In this document: piece by piece, positions 9,042-18,035 of the stretch
Position numbering within the stretch: position 1 is the first letter of the stretch
Layout: each line of letters begins with the position of its first letter
NCBI GenBank assembly: GCA_947630415.1
Contig: CANRHM010000003.1
Location: 1-32,905, forward strand
DNA length: 32,905 bases
Reading direction: 5' to 3'
Source: an uncultured Bacilli bacterium
Lineage (GTDB): Bacteria; Bacillota_I; Bacilli_A; RF39; UBA660
Notes under the pieces: generated by a model
Seen by the model: only the letters and a program-made list of their open reading frames with translations
Databases searched by the model: none
What the model was told of the DNA's origin: nothing
Position numbers and translations under genes: made by a program

Positions 9042-10358
9042 TTATTTATCACCCTTTACTAATTTTTTCATTTTGGCTTTATTTAAAAAATCGCTAGCAT
9101 CAATGACTTCTTTTGAATCGACGGATACTAAAGATGCTTGTTTCAATCCCTCAAAACCTTCCTTACTTTCTCCTAAATGATAAAAGTAACGATTTTTAAG
9201 TTTTCCTTCATAGTAACCATTTCGTTTTAAATCGCTATCTAAAAAGTGCGTCTCTAATAAATAGAGATGATCTTTCTCCGATAAAGAAACGCCAATTACA
9301 CTTTTATCGACTTCATCTAAAACAACTTCTAAAGAATTCATCCCGGTTGTTCGATTTCTTCTATAGATTCTAGCATAATGTTCCCGTTCTAAAAAATGTT
9401 CTTTACTAGATGCTAAATAAAGATTATGAATTGTAATCATCTTTTCATCTTGGGTTACTTCATCAATCGAAGTAGCAAGTCCAAAAGAAGCCTTCCAAGG
9501 AAGTAAAAACCAAGAGAAGTTTGGCGTTTGGTATACGAAGTCAGGTAATATAGGCTTATCTACTTTTTCCAAATCGTGATTTTCATAACGAATAATGACC
9601 TCGTCTTTCTTAACTTCATACGTCGATTTAATCATGTCTTTTGTAACAAAATAATGAGCGATTGAAGTCATATTCAAAAAAGGAAAACTGGTCTTAACTT
9701 CGATAGCATCGTATTTAAATTCCAAATCCAAGGTAACTGGTGATAACGCATTCGTATTCCCCAGTTCAAAGTGATAAAAAGAATCACTTAATTTCGTCGC
9801 TAATAAAGGAACAAAATGTTCTATTCCATCAACTTTAGCCGACAATAAATACTGTTCTTGATAGCCACGAAAGATAGAAGAAAATTGCACCACTTGATCG
9901 GTCACTTGATATAACTTTTCTACGTGATAAAAGACGATATCCATCAAAGGAGAAAACTCATCTTCCAAAAAAAGAAGGCTTCCGTCATATCCTTTTTTTC
10001 CTTCAAAAAAGTGATATATCTTATCTTTTTCTCCAAGCAAACCACTATCAAGTACCTGTTTAGTGTGTTCATCGATGTCAATTCCTTGATATAAATGGAA
10101 AGGATCGGTAAGACTATTTTCATAAACCTGATTCTTTTCATCGTGATAAACCTCGACTACTTTCTTTACATACTCATTAAAGTATTCATCTTTAGCCGTA
10201 TAAGAAAGTTGTTTCCCTCCATCATACGTAATGGAAAGAACAGGAACAACTAAGGCTTTATTGGACTTATCTTGAATAACATCCCATAACTTTATAGACT
10301 CTAAGTTACGAATGTTATAAATAGCAATCAATTCTTCGTCCATACTTTTTAACTGCAT
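9042..10358 (-). CDS. Hypothetical ~438-aa protein, first gene of the AAA+ operon
   Basis: Long ORF; likely start ATG 10358 after a G-rich RBS; stop 1 nt before the AAA+ start; no family recognised. Confidence 0.8.
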   Translation of the reverse strand: MQLKSMDEELIAIYNIRNLESIKLWDVIQDKSNKALVVPVLSITYDGGKQLSYTAKDEYFNEYVKKVVEVYHDEKNQVYENSLTDPFHLYQGIDIDEHTKQVLDSGLLGEKDKIYHFFEGKKGYDGSLLFLEDEFSPLMDIVFYHVEKLYQVTDQVVQFSSIFRGYQEQYLLSAKVDGIEHFVPLLATKLSDSFYHFELGNTNALSPVTLDLEFKYDAIEVKTSFPFLNMTSIAHYFVTKDMIKSTYEVKKDEVIIRYENHDLEKVDKPILPDFVYQTPNFSWFLLPWKASFGLATSIDEVTQDEKMITIHNLYLASSKEHFLEREHYARIYRRNRTTGMNSLEVVLDEVDKSVIGVSLSEKDHLYLLETHFLDSDLKRNGYYEGKLKNRYFYHLGESKEGFEGLKQASLVSVDSKEVIDASDFLNKAKMKKLVKGDK

Positions 10359-10478
10359 CTTACCTTCCCCCCACATCTAGTTTTCTATCCTATCATAAAA
10401 GCACCTTTATTTCAAGAAAAATCAGTATCCAAAAGCATATTTTAAAAACCTAACTAATAGGATAAAACAGGTGATTGT

Positions 10479-11816
10479 ATGAATAAAGAATCTAAATTAT
10501 TTCTTCTACTCTTTATAGGACTTTTATCTTCTGTTTTAATAGGCTCCGTTATTTTAAGAAATAGGAGTCCTAAATTAAATACTCAAAAGGAACTTACCGC
10601 GACCGTCATGGCTTTTTCGGAAAACACTGTAACCGTCAAAGATGAAAATGATGTAGTTTATACGTTTGGCATATTAAAACAAGATAACATCGAAGTGGGA
10701 AGTACCATCAAGCTCTCCTATGAAGGAAACTTTATCGATGGTGTAATTGCTTCTTCTTACGAAGTAATTCCTGTTGAAAGTACTCCTAATACAGGTCTAT
10801 TCAAAGACTATTATAAGTTGGCCCAGGAAAAACTAGATACCCTATCACTAGACCAAAAAATAGGTCAATTATTCCTTGCTAGGTACGAAGATGTAACTAG
10901 TGAAACTCTAAAAACCTATCCTGTAAGTGGCTTTATCTTCTACCAAAAAGATTTTACCGATAAGACCAAGGAAGATGTATTAAAAAGAAGTAATGACCTA
11001 CAAAAACTAAGTACCATTCCCCTTCTATTAGGAGTCGATGAAGAAGGTGGGGATGTCGTTCGTATCAGTAGTAATCCGCTTCTAAGAAAAACACCTTTCA
11101 AGTCTCCTCAAGAACTTTATGAAGAAGGAGGATTTCCTCTCATTCAACAAGATACCATCGAAAAGAATAAACTCTTAAAAGAACTAGGTCTTAATCTAAA
11201 CCTAGCCCCTGTCGTAGATGTATCCACTGACCCCGGTGATTATATTTATAAAAGAACCATTGGACTAGGTACCAAGGACACCGAAACCTATGCCGAAACC
11301 GTGATTAAAGCAAGTAAAATGTCGTCTATTTCCTACACCTTAAAACATTTTCCAGGATATGGAAATAATCAAGATACCCATGAAGGGTCTTCTACCGATG
11401 AACGAGATTATGAAGAAATCATAGCACGAGATATTCCTCCATTTAAAGCAGGTATTAATGCAGGTGCTGAAGCCGTATTAGTAAGTCATAACATTGTAAA
11501 AAGTATTGATGGAGATAATCCTGCATCTCTATCCAAAAAAGTACATGACCTTTTACAAGACGAACTTGATTTTACAGGAGTTACCATCACAGATGATCTA
11601 GCTATGAGTGCTCTAGATGAAATAGAGGATAAAGAAATTAAAGCCATTCTTGCAGGAAACGACTTATTAATTACTTCCAACTATAAACAAAGTTTTACCA
11701 ACATCAAAGAAGCAATTAACAACAAAGAAATAACTACCTCTCAACTAGATTCCCATGTCTTAAAAGTATTAGCTTGGAAATACTACAAAGGACTCCTCTT
11801 AATCAATCAAAAATAA
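10479..11816 (+). CDS. Membrane-anchored GH3 beta-N-acetylhexosaminidase (NagZ-like)
   Basis: N-terminal TM helix; GH3 motifs VDEEGG, NLAPVVD, KHFPGYG..DTH, ITDDL. Confidence 0.85.
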   Translation: MNKESKLFLLLFIGLLSSVLIGSVILRNRSPKLNTQKELTATVMAFSENTVTVKDENDVVYTFGILKQDNIEVGSTIKLSYEGNFIDGVIASSYEVIPVESTPNTGLFKDYYKLAQEKLDTLSLDQKIGQLFLARYEDVTSETLKTYPVSGFIFYQKDFTDKTKEDVLKRSNDLQKLSTIPLLLGVDEEGGDVVRISSNPLLRKTPFKSPQELYEEGGFPLIQQDTIEKNKLLKELGLNLNLAPVVDVSTDPGDYIYKRTIGLGTKDTETYAETVIKASKMSSISYTLKHFPGYGNNQDTHEGSSTDERDYEEIIARDIPPFKAGINAGAEAVLVSHNIVKSIDGDNPASLSKKVHDLLQDELDFTGVTITDDLAMSALDEIEDKEIKAILAGNDLLITSNYKQSFTNIKEAINNKEITTSQLDSHVLKVLAWKYYKGLLLINQK

Positions 11817-11853
11817 TTGCTATTTTAATCAACATTCGTTATACTTCTAATAG

Positions 11854-12309
11854 GTGATGCAAATGAAAAAAATAATCACATTCCTACTTATAATCTTACT
11901 CTTAACAGGTTGTCAAAATAAAGATCAAGTTCGCTGGGAAAAAGAGATAAAAAATCTACAAGAAACCGCTATCCAAGATAGTTCTAAAAAAATTTATCAA
12001 GAAGACATAACCGAAGCGATTACTTATTTAAAACAACATATTCTTAATCCCATAAACAATAGAGAGGTAGCCAAAAAGATCATTTATTATAGTACTTATT
12101 TAACAGAACTAGGTAATAAAAAAGAAGAAAACAAAGATCACATCATAACAAAAGTAAGTAGTCAAATACAAGACTATATCACATCTCTTTACAAAGAAAA
12201 AACAACCAACAAGAATGCCTTAATTCTATCAAAGGGAAATGTACTAGTTAGTGAATTACTCCAAATAAAAGAGGAAGACATCTCTTCCTTCATAACAGAA
12301 AACGGATAA
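11854..12309 (+). CDS. Putative lipoprotein
   Basis: MKKIITFLLIILLLTGC lipobox; true start may be ATG 11863. Confidence 0.75.
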   Translation: MMQMKKIITFLLIILLLTGCQNKDQVRWEKEIKNLQETAIQDSSKKIYQEDITEAITYLKQHILNPINNREVAKKIIYYSTYLTELGNKKEENKDHIITKVSSQIQDYITSLYKEKTTNKNALILSKGNVLVSELLQIKEEDISSFITENG

Positions 12310-12329
12310 TACAAAACATTATCCGTTTT
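12299..12329. terminator. 12-bp perfect hairpin between convergent genes (bidirectional terminator; possibly also a DGR target hairpin)
   Basis: AAAACGGATAAT(12299-12310)-7 nt loop-ATTATCCGTTTT(12318-12329). Confidence 0.65.
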
Positions 12330-12348
12330 ATTATGTTTAATGAGAAGT

Positions 12349-14118
12349 CTATATTTCTGCATTGACTAGTACAAGGCGGAACGAGTAGGTGGCGTACGCA
12401 GAGCCAAAGGTGTAGTAGTAGTAGAACACTCCAGCACTCGAGCTATGGAGATAGTAGCCGCCGCGGATGAACCACGGGGTCGTAGAGCTTACAAAACTAT
12501 AGGTATTACTATACCATCCTTTGGTTTCTGATAAAGCATGTCCATAACATTCACCATTCTGTGTACATGAGGTAGCAAAGTTAGTTGTATATAAATCATA
12601 ATACTTGGCATCTGGTATTAGATTAGTTTCTCCACTTGTCTTAAATCCGGAACTTTTTATTGTTGGTTTACCTGTAGCATCATCTTTTAGTGCACCCATT
12701 ACATATTCAAGTGCCCCACCACTCATATCATATACTCCTGTGATGTTTCCAGTCGTAGATGCTTTTTGTCCTGCTTCAGTATTATATGTATTTGCACAAC
12801 CAGAATCTTCACTTGCATTTGCTGTTGCTCCTGCTATTCCTGTTGTATAACTTGAACAGTTATTGATATATACTTCTTCCCCGTCATTTCCATATTTTCC
12901 ATACTCACTTTGTGATAGGTAGGCTACTGCTCCCCACTCACTATTCTTACTCATATGGGTATCGATACTTCCATCACTACTAAATCCATATTCAGTAGTA
13001 TTCTTGGCCATATTTTGTGATATTGTGAATGCTGTTGAAACTCGGATTCCTCTCCATGAGGTTACACTTGGCTTTATTTGTGGCGTTAATGTGGTTAAAT
13101 CACATCTGGTATTAACATCACCACTAGTTGATGGTGTACAGTTCTGTTCTTTATTACTAGTTTCAAATTTTCCATACCAGAATCCTTCTAATTGTTCTCC
13201 TCCAAAATCAAAGGCTGGATGTACTATATAATTGTCTTCATCTGCTAAAGTTAGATCTTTACTTATAAATTTTATTTTTATTTCTCCTGGATTTAAATAT
13301 TTTGGAGAAGAGGAACTTCCACTATTTGTTCCTCCTGCTGTTTTTATATCTACATAATCATATTCGTATCTCGGTATCCATACCCACATCGTATTGATAT
13401 CTTCTATATCTATTTTTTCTCCTACTTCTGCTTCTACATAATCACTTCTTTGTTGTGTTCCTGTTTCTTTTACTGTTACTGCATTTGCCCATTCTTGATT
13501 ACAATAATTATACCAACTCTTATCATTATTTGTACTATCTGCTTTGACCCATGAACTTTTGCCTTGATCCCATTTTACTGGAATCATTCCCTCTACTAAT
13601 TTTGGCACATTTGGTTGAGGCATATCTTCACATGATAATGCTTCATAAGTTCCTGTTATTTTTGTTTCACCTTCATTTAAAGCTAATTCTTTATTACTTA
13701 ATCCACATCTTCCATTTAAAGTTACGGTTTCAGAACTTGTTCCATTATTCTTTAATTTTAAAGTATAAGTTAACGTTGTTCCTGTGGCTAAATTTTGTAA
13801 TTCTATTTCACTTTCATTGCTACTTGCCGATAATACTTCGATGTTATTACTTCCACTATAGGTGATTATAGAATGAATATCTACTAAACTTTGATTCGTA
13901 AAAGTGACAGTTATCTCTTTTTCTTCTCCTCCTTGTAAAGTTACTTGATTGTTTTCTAAGTCGTTACTTTGAATGGGGCAAGAGACATCGCCTACGATAA
14001 TATTAAGTGCTCCTTTCTTTTCTGTACTTGTGGTAAATAATGCATAACTAAAACCGATGATCCCTGTAATCATTAATAACATTACAAAACTAAGCATCAT
14101 CTTAGTTCTATCTTTCAT
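12349..14118 (-). CDS. Secreted/surface protein with SipW/TasA-type signal peptide and C-terminal CLec (FGE-sulfatase-like) domain; putative DGR target
   Basis: N-terminus ...GIIGFSYA|LFT...NIIVGDV; CLec-fold motifs GVYDMSGGALEYV, PWFIRGG and terminal SFRLVL. Confidence 0.8.
   Translation of the reverse strand: MKDRTKMMLSFVMLLMITGIIGFSYALFTTSTEKKGALNIIVGDVSCPIQSNDLENNQVTLQGGEEKEITVTFTNQSLVDIHSIITYSGSNNIEVLSASSNESEIELQNLATGTTLTYTLKLKNNGTSSETVTLNGRCGLSNKELALNEGETKITGTYEALSCEDMPQPNVPKLVEGMIPVKWDQGKSSWVKADSTNNDKSWYNYCNQEWANAVTVKETGTQQRSDYVEAEVGEKIDIEDINTMWVWIPRYEYDYVDIKTAGGTNSGSSSSPKYLNPGEIKIKFISKDLTLADEDNYIVHPAFDFGGEQLEGFWYGKFETSNKEQNCTPSTSGDVNTRCDLTTLTPQIKPSVTSWRGIRVSTAFTISQNMAKNTTEYGFSSDGSIDTHMSKNSEWGAVAYLSQSEYGKYGNDGEEVYINNCSSYTTGIAGATANASEDSGCANTYNTEAGQKASTTGNITGVYDMSGGALEYVMGALKDDATGKPTIKSSGFKTSGETNLIPDAKYYDLYTTNFATSCTQNGECYGHALSETKGWYSNTYSFVSSTTPWFIRGGYYLHSSSAGVFYYYYTFGSAYATYSFRLVLVNAEI
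12367..12495 (-). other. Putative DGR variable region (VR)
   Basis: 67/120 G+C over 12371-12490 (hand count) in an AT-rich gene; non-scaffold codons nearly all NNC/NNT; ends TCGTTCCGCCTTGTA (SFRLV). Confidence 0.75.
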
Positions 14119-14146
14119 TCAAATCACATCCTTATTATCTATTTCT

Positions 14147-14174
14147 ATTATAAAACTACCCCCCCCCATGTCAA
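14147..14174 (-). promoter_or_regulatory. Consensus sigma-A promoter with G9 homopolymer in the spacer (putative phase-variable promoter)
   Basis: Minus strand TTGACA(14174-14169)-T-GGGGGGGGG-TAGTTT-TATAAT(14152-14147); 16-nt spacer. Confidence 0.85.
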
Positions 14175-14196
14175 CTTTTTGTTAATTTCTTCTCAT

Positions 14197-14218
14197 AAAA
14201 AAAGAGGAGTATTCCTCT
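14197..14218 (-). terminator. Intrinsic terminator after the ftsEX-M23 operon
   Basis: Minus strand AGAGGA-ATAC-TCCTCT then a T-run, at the M23 gene stop. Confidence 0.65.
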
Positions 14219-15416
14219 AACGTGTGTACCAAGTCGTATAGGTTTTACTTGGAAAATTAATTACACTCTCGGCTCCTTTAAATCCACTGTTGTAACTTCG
14301 ATTTACAAAACTTACATAATTATCCCACTTACCACAATTGCTATCACTGAAGAGTCTACATGGCCATACCTCTAGATGTAAGTGAACTCCAAAGGCATAC
14401 CCCGTATCGCCCATGTAGCCTACAATCGTATTGGAATTAACTTGCATTCCAACATAGATATTGGAAGCATATCTACTAAGATGGGCATATAACGCTGAAT
14501 AATACGTTCCATTTATGGTACGATACTGAATGACTAAACATAAAGCTCCATTATTATCGTGGTAAATGTTCGTAATCGTTCCATTACCAATCGAATACAA
14601 AGCCGTATTTTTTCCTGTAGAACTACCAATATCGATTCCTCTATGGAGACTTCCCCAACGGTAGCCTATAAAACTAGTAACATATCCCGTTTTTATTGGT
14701 CTTAAGAAAACGGCATTACTACTAGTTACTGCACAATCTCTTCCAATTACTTGGTTACGAGAAGTACATCCTTGTTTCTTATAGTAATCGACTAATAACT
14801 TCTTATCACGCACTTGTTCTTCAAGGCTTGGTGATAATCCTTCAATTTCAGCAATCGAAACATTTAACTTTTTAATTTCTTCGTTTAAGCTAGCGACTTT
14901 CTTTTCATATTCTTCTTGCTTATTTTTAAGTTCCGTTTTCCGGTCTTCATTCTTTTTAATTAAATCATTTAATTCATTAATAACATTATCGTTATAGGCT
15001 GTAATTTGTTCTACTACCGAATAACGATAGATAAAATCCGTAATGGTATCTCCTCCAAAGACATATTCCATGTAGAGATTTTCTCCTTGACTCATTTGCA
15101 AATAAGCAAGAAGAGATTTGGTTTCTTCTTGTTTTTCTTCGATTTCTTTATTGGATTCAACAATTTCTTCTTGCAACTCCACCGACTCTTCACTCATCTT
15201 TTGCATACTATTTTTTAATGATTGAATCGTCGAGTTGTTGGTATCGACCTGATTTTCTTTATCATCGATCAAGGCTTGATTTTTTCGTAATTCTTCTTGC
15301 GCTTCTGCTAACTCATCGAGGTAGTCTCCATAAGTCACTTCTTCTGCTAAAACAGACATTGGAAATGAAGCAAAGAGAATAGCAATAACAAAAAGGGAAA
15401 TAACTTTCTTTTTCAT
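14217..15416 (-). CDS. Secreted coiled-coil M23 peptidoglycan peptidase (PcsB/CwlO/EnvC-like architecture, FtsEX partner)
   Basis: Signal peptide, long coiled coil, M23 zinc motifs HRGID and HLH, YAHL; TAATG overlap with ftsX. Confidence 0.9.
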   Translation of the reverse strand: MKKKVISLFVIAILFASFPMSVLAEEVTYGDYLDELAEAQEELRKNQALIDDKENQVDTNNSTIQSLKNSMQKMSEESVELQEEIVESNKEIEEKQEETKSLLAYLQMSQGENLYMEYVFGGDTITDFIYRYSVVEQITAYNDNVINELNDLIKKNEDRKTELKNKQEEYEKKVASLNEEIKKLNVSIAEIEGLSPSLEEQVRDKKLLVDYYKKQGCTSRNQVIGRDCAVTSSNAVFLRPIKTGYVTSFIGYRWGSLHRGIDIGSSTGKNTALYSIGNGTITNIYHDNNGALCLVIQYRTINGTYYSALYAHLSRYASNIYVGMQVNSNTIVGYMGDTGYAFGVHLHLEVWPCRLFSDSNCGKWDNYVSFVNRSYNSGFKGAESVINFPSKTYTTWYTR

Positions 15417-16315
15417 TATACTTTTAGATACCTCCTTACCGCATGGTAACTTCCAATGGTACCCACAATGATACCTAATAGAATAATTACCCCAGCCACA
15501 TAGAAGATAAAGGGTTCAGGTTTAATAAGTTGAATAAGTGGTGAAAATAAATTACCTTTAAAATAATTGTAAAAAGCAACATATCCATAGGTTAAGCCTA
15601 AAACTGGAACAATACTTCCTAATAGTCCTAAAATCATTCCTTCAATAACAAATGGTAACTTGATGGAAAAATTACTTGCTCCAACTAGTCGCATAATGGA
15701 AATCTCTCTTTTTCTTGAGAAAATCGTAAGTTTAATCGTATTAATGATTAAGAATACCGTTACAATGACTAAGGCAATCACGATTCCATAGGCAATCTTT
15801 TCAATGACACTAAAGGTGCCTACCAATTGTTCTACTGTTCCTTCACCATAACTAACTACCGCTACTTTATCAATTTTTTTAATTTCTTCCACAGTGGAAT
15901 TGATATTTTCTAACTTGGTTACTTTAACTAAATAACTATCACGTAAAGGATTATCTTTACTATCCCATTCACCCATCGTCTGCTTAAAAATCTCATCCGA
16001 ATCCATCATTTCTTGTTTAGATTCTTCTTTCGATTTAAACGTAATTTCTTCGATATTATCTAATCGTTCAATTGCACTTTTTACTTTGGCTACATCACTT
16101 TCGGTAGCATCATTTTCAATAAAGACCACCATCGTTACATCTTGTTTAATAACTTCCGTAAAATGATCCACATTCAAAGAGGCAATTAAAGAAACGGCTA
16201 CAATGATTAACGTAATCGTAATACACGAAATCGAAGCCATGGATAAAGAGAAATTTCGAAATACACTTTTAAAAGCATCGCGAATACTTCTAAATAACAT
16301 TCTAAAAAACTTCAT
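15416..16315 (-). CDS. ftsX: Cell division permease FtsX
   Basis: TM1 + extracellular domain + 3 TMs; INTIKLTIFSRKREISIMRLVGA motif; follows ftsE. Confidence 0.95.
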   Translation of the reverse strand: MKFFRMLFRSIRDAFKSVFRNFSLSMASISCITITLIIVAVSLIASLNVDHFTEVIKQDVTMVVFIENDATESDVAKVKSAIERLDNIEEITFKSKEESKQEMMDSDEIFKQTMGEWDSKDNPLRDSYLVKVTKLENINSTVEEIKKIDKVAVVSYGEGTVEQLVGTFSVIEKIAYGIVIALVIVTVFLIINTIKLTIFSRKREISIMRLVGASNFSIKLPFVIEGMILGLLGSIVPVLGLTYGYVAFYNYFKGNLFSPLIQLIKPEPFIFYVAGVIILLGIIVGTIGSYHAVRRYLKV

Positions 16316-16339
16316 TTACATCGGTCCTTTCTCTTAAAG

Positions 16340-17047
16340 TTAAAAGGAGTTGGCTGCCTCTTTTGCATACGTTCCTTTTTCGTAATCGGAAATTAATCTT
16401 CCTTCTTTTAAAACCACTACACGTTTCTTCATTTTGTTTACGATTTCTTTATCGTGTGTAGCCATAATAATCGTTGTTCCTAAAGTCTTATTGATATCTT
16501 CTAAGACTTTCATAATTTCCATACTCATCGTAGGGTCTAAGTTTCCTGTAGGTTCGTCGCAAAGAAGAAGTCTAGGATTATTGACAATCGCTCTTGCAAT
16601 GGCAACACGTTGTTGTTCTCCTCCTGATAATTGATCAGGATAGTTTCGAATCTTTCCTTTTAATCCTACTAACTCTAAGGCTTGTAACGTTTTCACTTTA
16701 ATAACGTCTCCCTTAGTACCAATCACTTCTAATGCAAAAGCCACATTTTCATAAACGGTACTTTTGGGAAGCAAACGATAATCTTGGAAAACGATTCCTA
16801 ATTTTCTTCTCAATTTATACACTTTGCGATTTCTTAGTTTAGCAACATTGAGTCCACCTAAAATAATTTCTCCCCGAGTGGGTTTTTCTTCTCGATAAAG
16901 CATCTTGATTAGTGTACTTTTACCACTTCCAGATCCACCAATAACAAAGACAAAATCACCTTTTTTAATTTTAAGATTCATATCGTATATAGCCGTAACT
17001 CCATTTTTATATTGTTTAGTCACGTCTTTAAGTCGAATTAATTCCAT
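16340..17047 (-). CDS. ftsE: Cell division ATP-binding protein FtsE
   Basis: Walker A GGSGSGKS, VFQDYRLL, LSGGEQQRVAIARA, DEPTGNLD; start moved to ATG 17047 (GAGGTG RBS). Confidence 0.95.
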   Translation of the reverse strand: MELIRLKDVTKQYKNGVTAIYDMNLKIKKGDFVFVIGGSGSGKSTLIKMLYREEKPTRGEIILGGLNVAKLRNRKVYKLRRKLGIVFQDYRLLPKSTVYENVAFALEVIGTKGDVIKVKTLQALELVGLKGKIRNYPDQLSGGEQQRVAIARAIVNNPRLLLCDEPTGNLDPTMSMEIMKVLEDINKTLGTTIIMATHDKEIVNKMKKRVVVLKEGRLISDYEKGTYAKEAANSF

Positions 17048-17122
17048 AGAGCACCTCAATTCAATTTATGGGTTATAAATAATTATATCATAGAAAATCG
17101 TCTTTTGTCGTTTTCTATCCCA

Positions 17123-18034
17123 TTATTCTTGGGTAATTTCTTCCAAGTTTAAGAGTTCTCTTTTGACCGAAGACTCATATGCATCAATTACTACAAAGAA
17201 ACTATCGGGGTCAATCTGCTTTACACCATTTGTCAGTTTAAAATAATCACGAGTGGGAATAACCGTCATTAAAACATGTTTCTTTTTCTCTAAGAAACCA
17301 CCCTTAACATTGAAAACCGTAACACCGGCATCTAACTCTTTTAAAATGAAAACCTTGACCTTTTCTTCTTCTGACGTAATGATATAGAAAGTTTTAGACT
17401 TGGAGATTCCTAAAAGAACTTTATCCATAACAATACTACTAACATAGAGAACAATGACTGAATAAAGGCCAATGGTAATACCAAAACAATAACTTCCTAT
17501 GATAATAACAATTAAGTTAATAATCATATTGACTTTACTGATACTAATTTTAAATTTTTCATAAATGATTTGACTTACAATCGTAAGACCTCCACTATTG
17601 AAGCCAACCTTGTAACAAATCCCATTGGTAAGTCCACTAAAAATACCAATGAATAACGATAATAGAATAAGATCTTTATTACCCACCATAATATATTCGC
17701 CAATATCTTTTGTCCATTCAACAAAAAGCGGAAAAACGAAAGTAGCAATAACCGCTCCTCCCGTTTTTTCAGGTCCCAACATGAAAAGACTAACGATTAG
17801 TAAAACAAAGCAAAGTACAAAAATCGTTGTTGCAGGAGATACATGAAATAGATGTTCAACAATCATGGCAACACTTCCATTTCCACCTGAAATAAGATGA
17901 GTTGGAAGTTGTAAAAGATTAAACATAACGGCATTGACAAAAAGCGCACCACAGAGAATAAGTGAACGGATAATCAAATGCCTCGATTTCATTTTAGGAG
18001 CCGTTTTCTCTTCTTCCTTTTTAAAAAACTTCAT
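17123..18034 (-). CDS. YitT-family membrane protein
   Basis: Multiple TMs, GFNSGGL motif, C-terminal GVTVFNVKGG...DPDSFF domain; start moved to ATG 18034 (GGAGGT RBS). Confidence 0.85.
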   Translation of the reverse strand: MKFFKKEEEKTAPKMKSRHLIIRSLILCGALFVNAVMFNLLQLPTHLISGGNGSVAMIVEHLFHVSPATTIFVLCFVLLIVSLFMLGPEKTGGAVIATFVFPLFVEWTKDIGEYIMVGNKDLILLSLFIGIFSGLTNGICYKVGFNSGGLTIVSQIIYEKFKISISKVNMIINLIVIIIGSYCFGITIGLYSVIVLYVSSIVMDKVLLGISKSKTFYIITSEEEKVKVFILKELDAGVTVFNVKGGFLEKKKHVLMTVIPTRDYFKLTNGVKQIDPDSFFVVIDAYESSVKRELLNLEEITQE

Positions 18035-18035
18035 C

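Noticed and set aside
10367-10372. G6 tract upstream of the 438-aa gene
   Set aside because: Too short for efficient slippage and explained as the RBS.
12412-12423. (TAC)4 microsatellite as a contingency repeat
   Set aside because: In frame, short and better explained as NNC codons of the putative VR.
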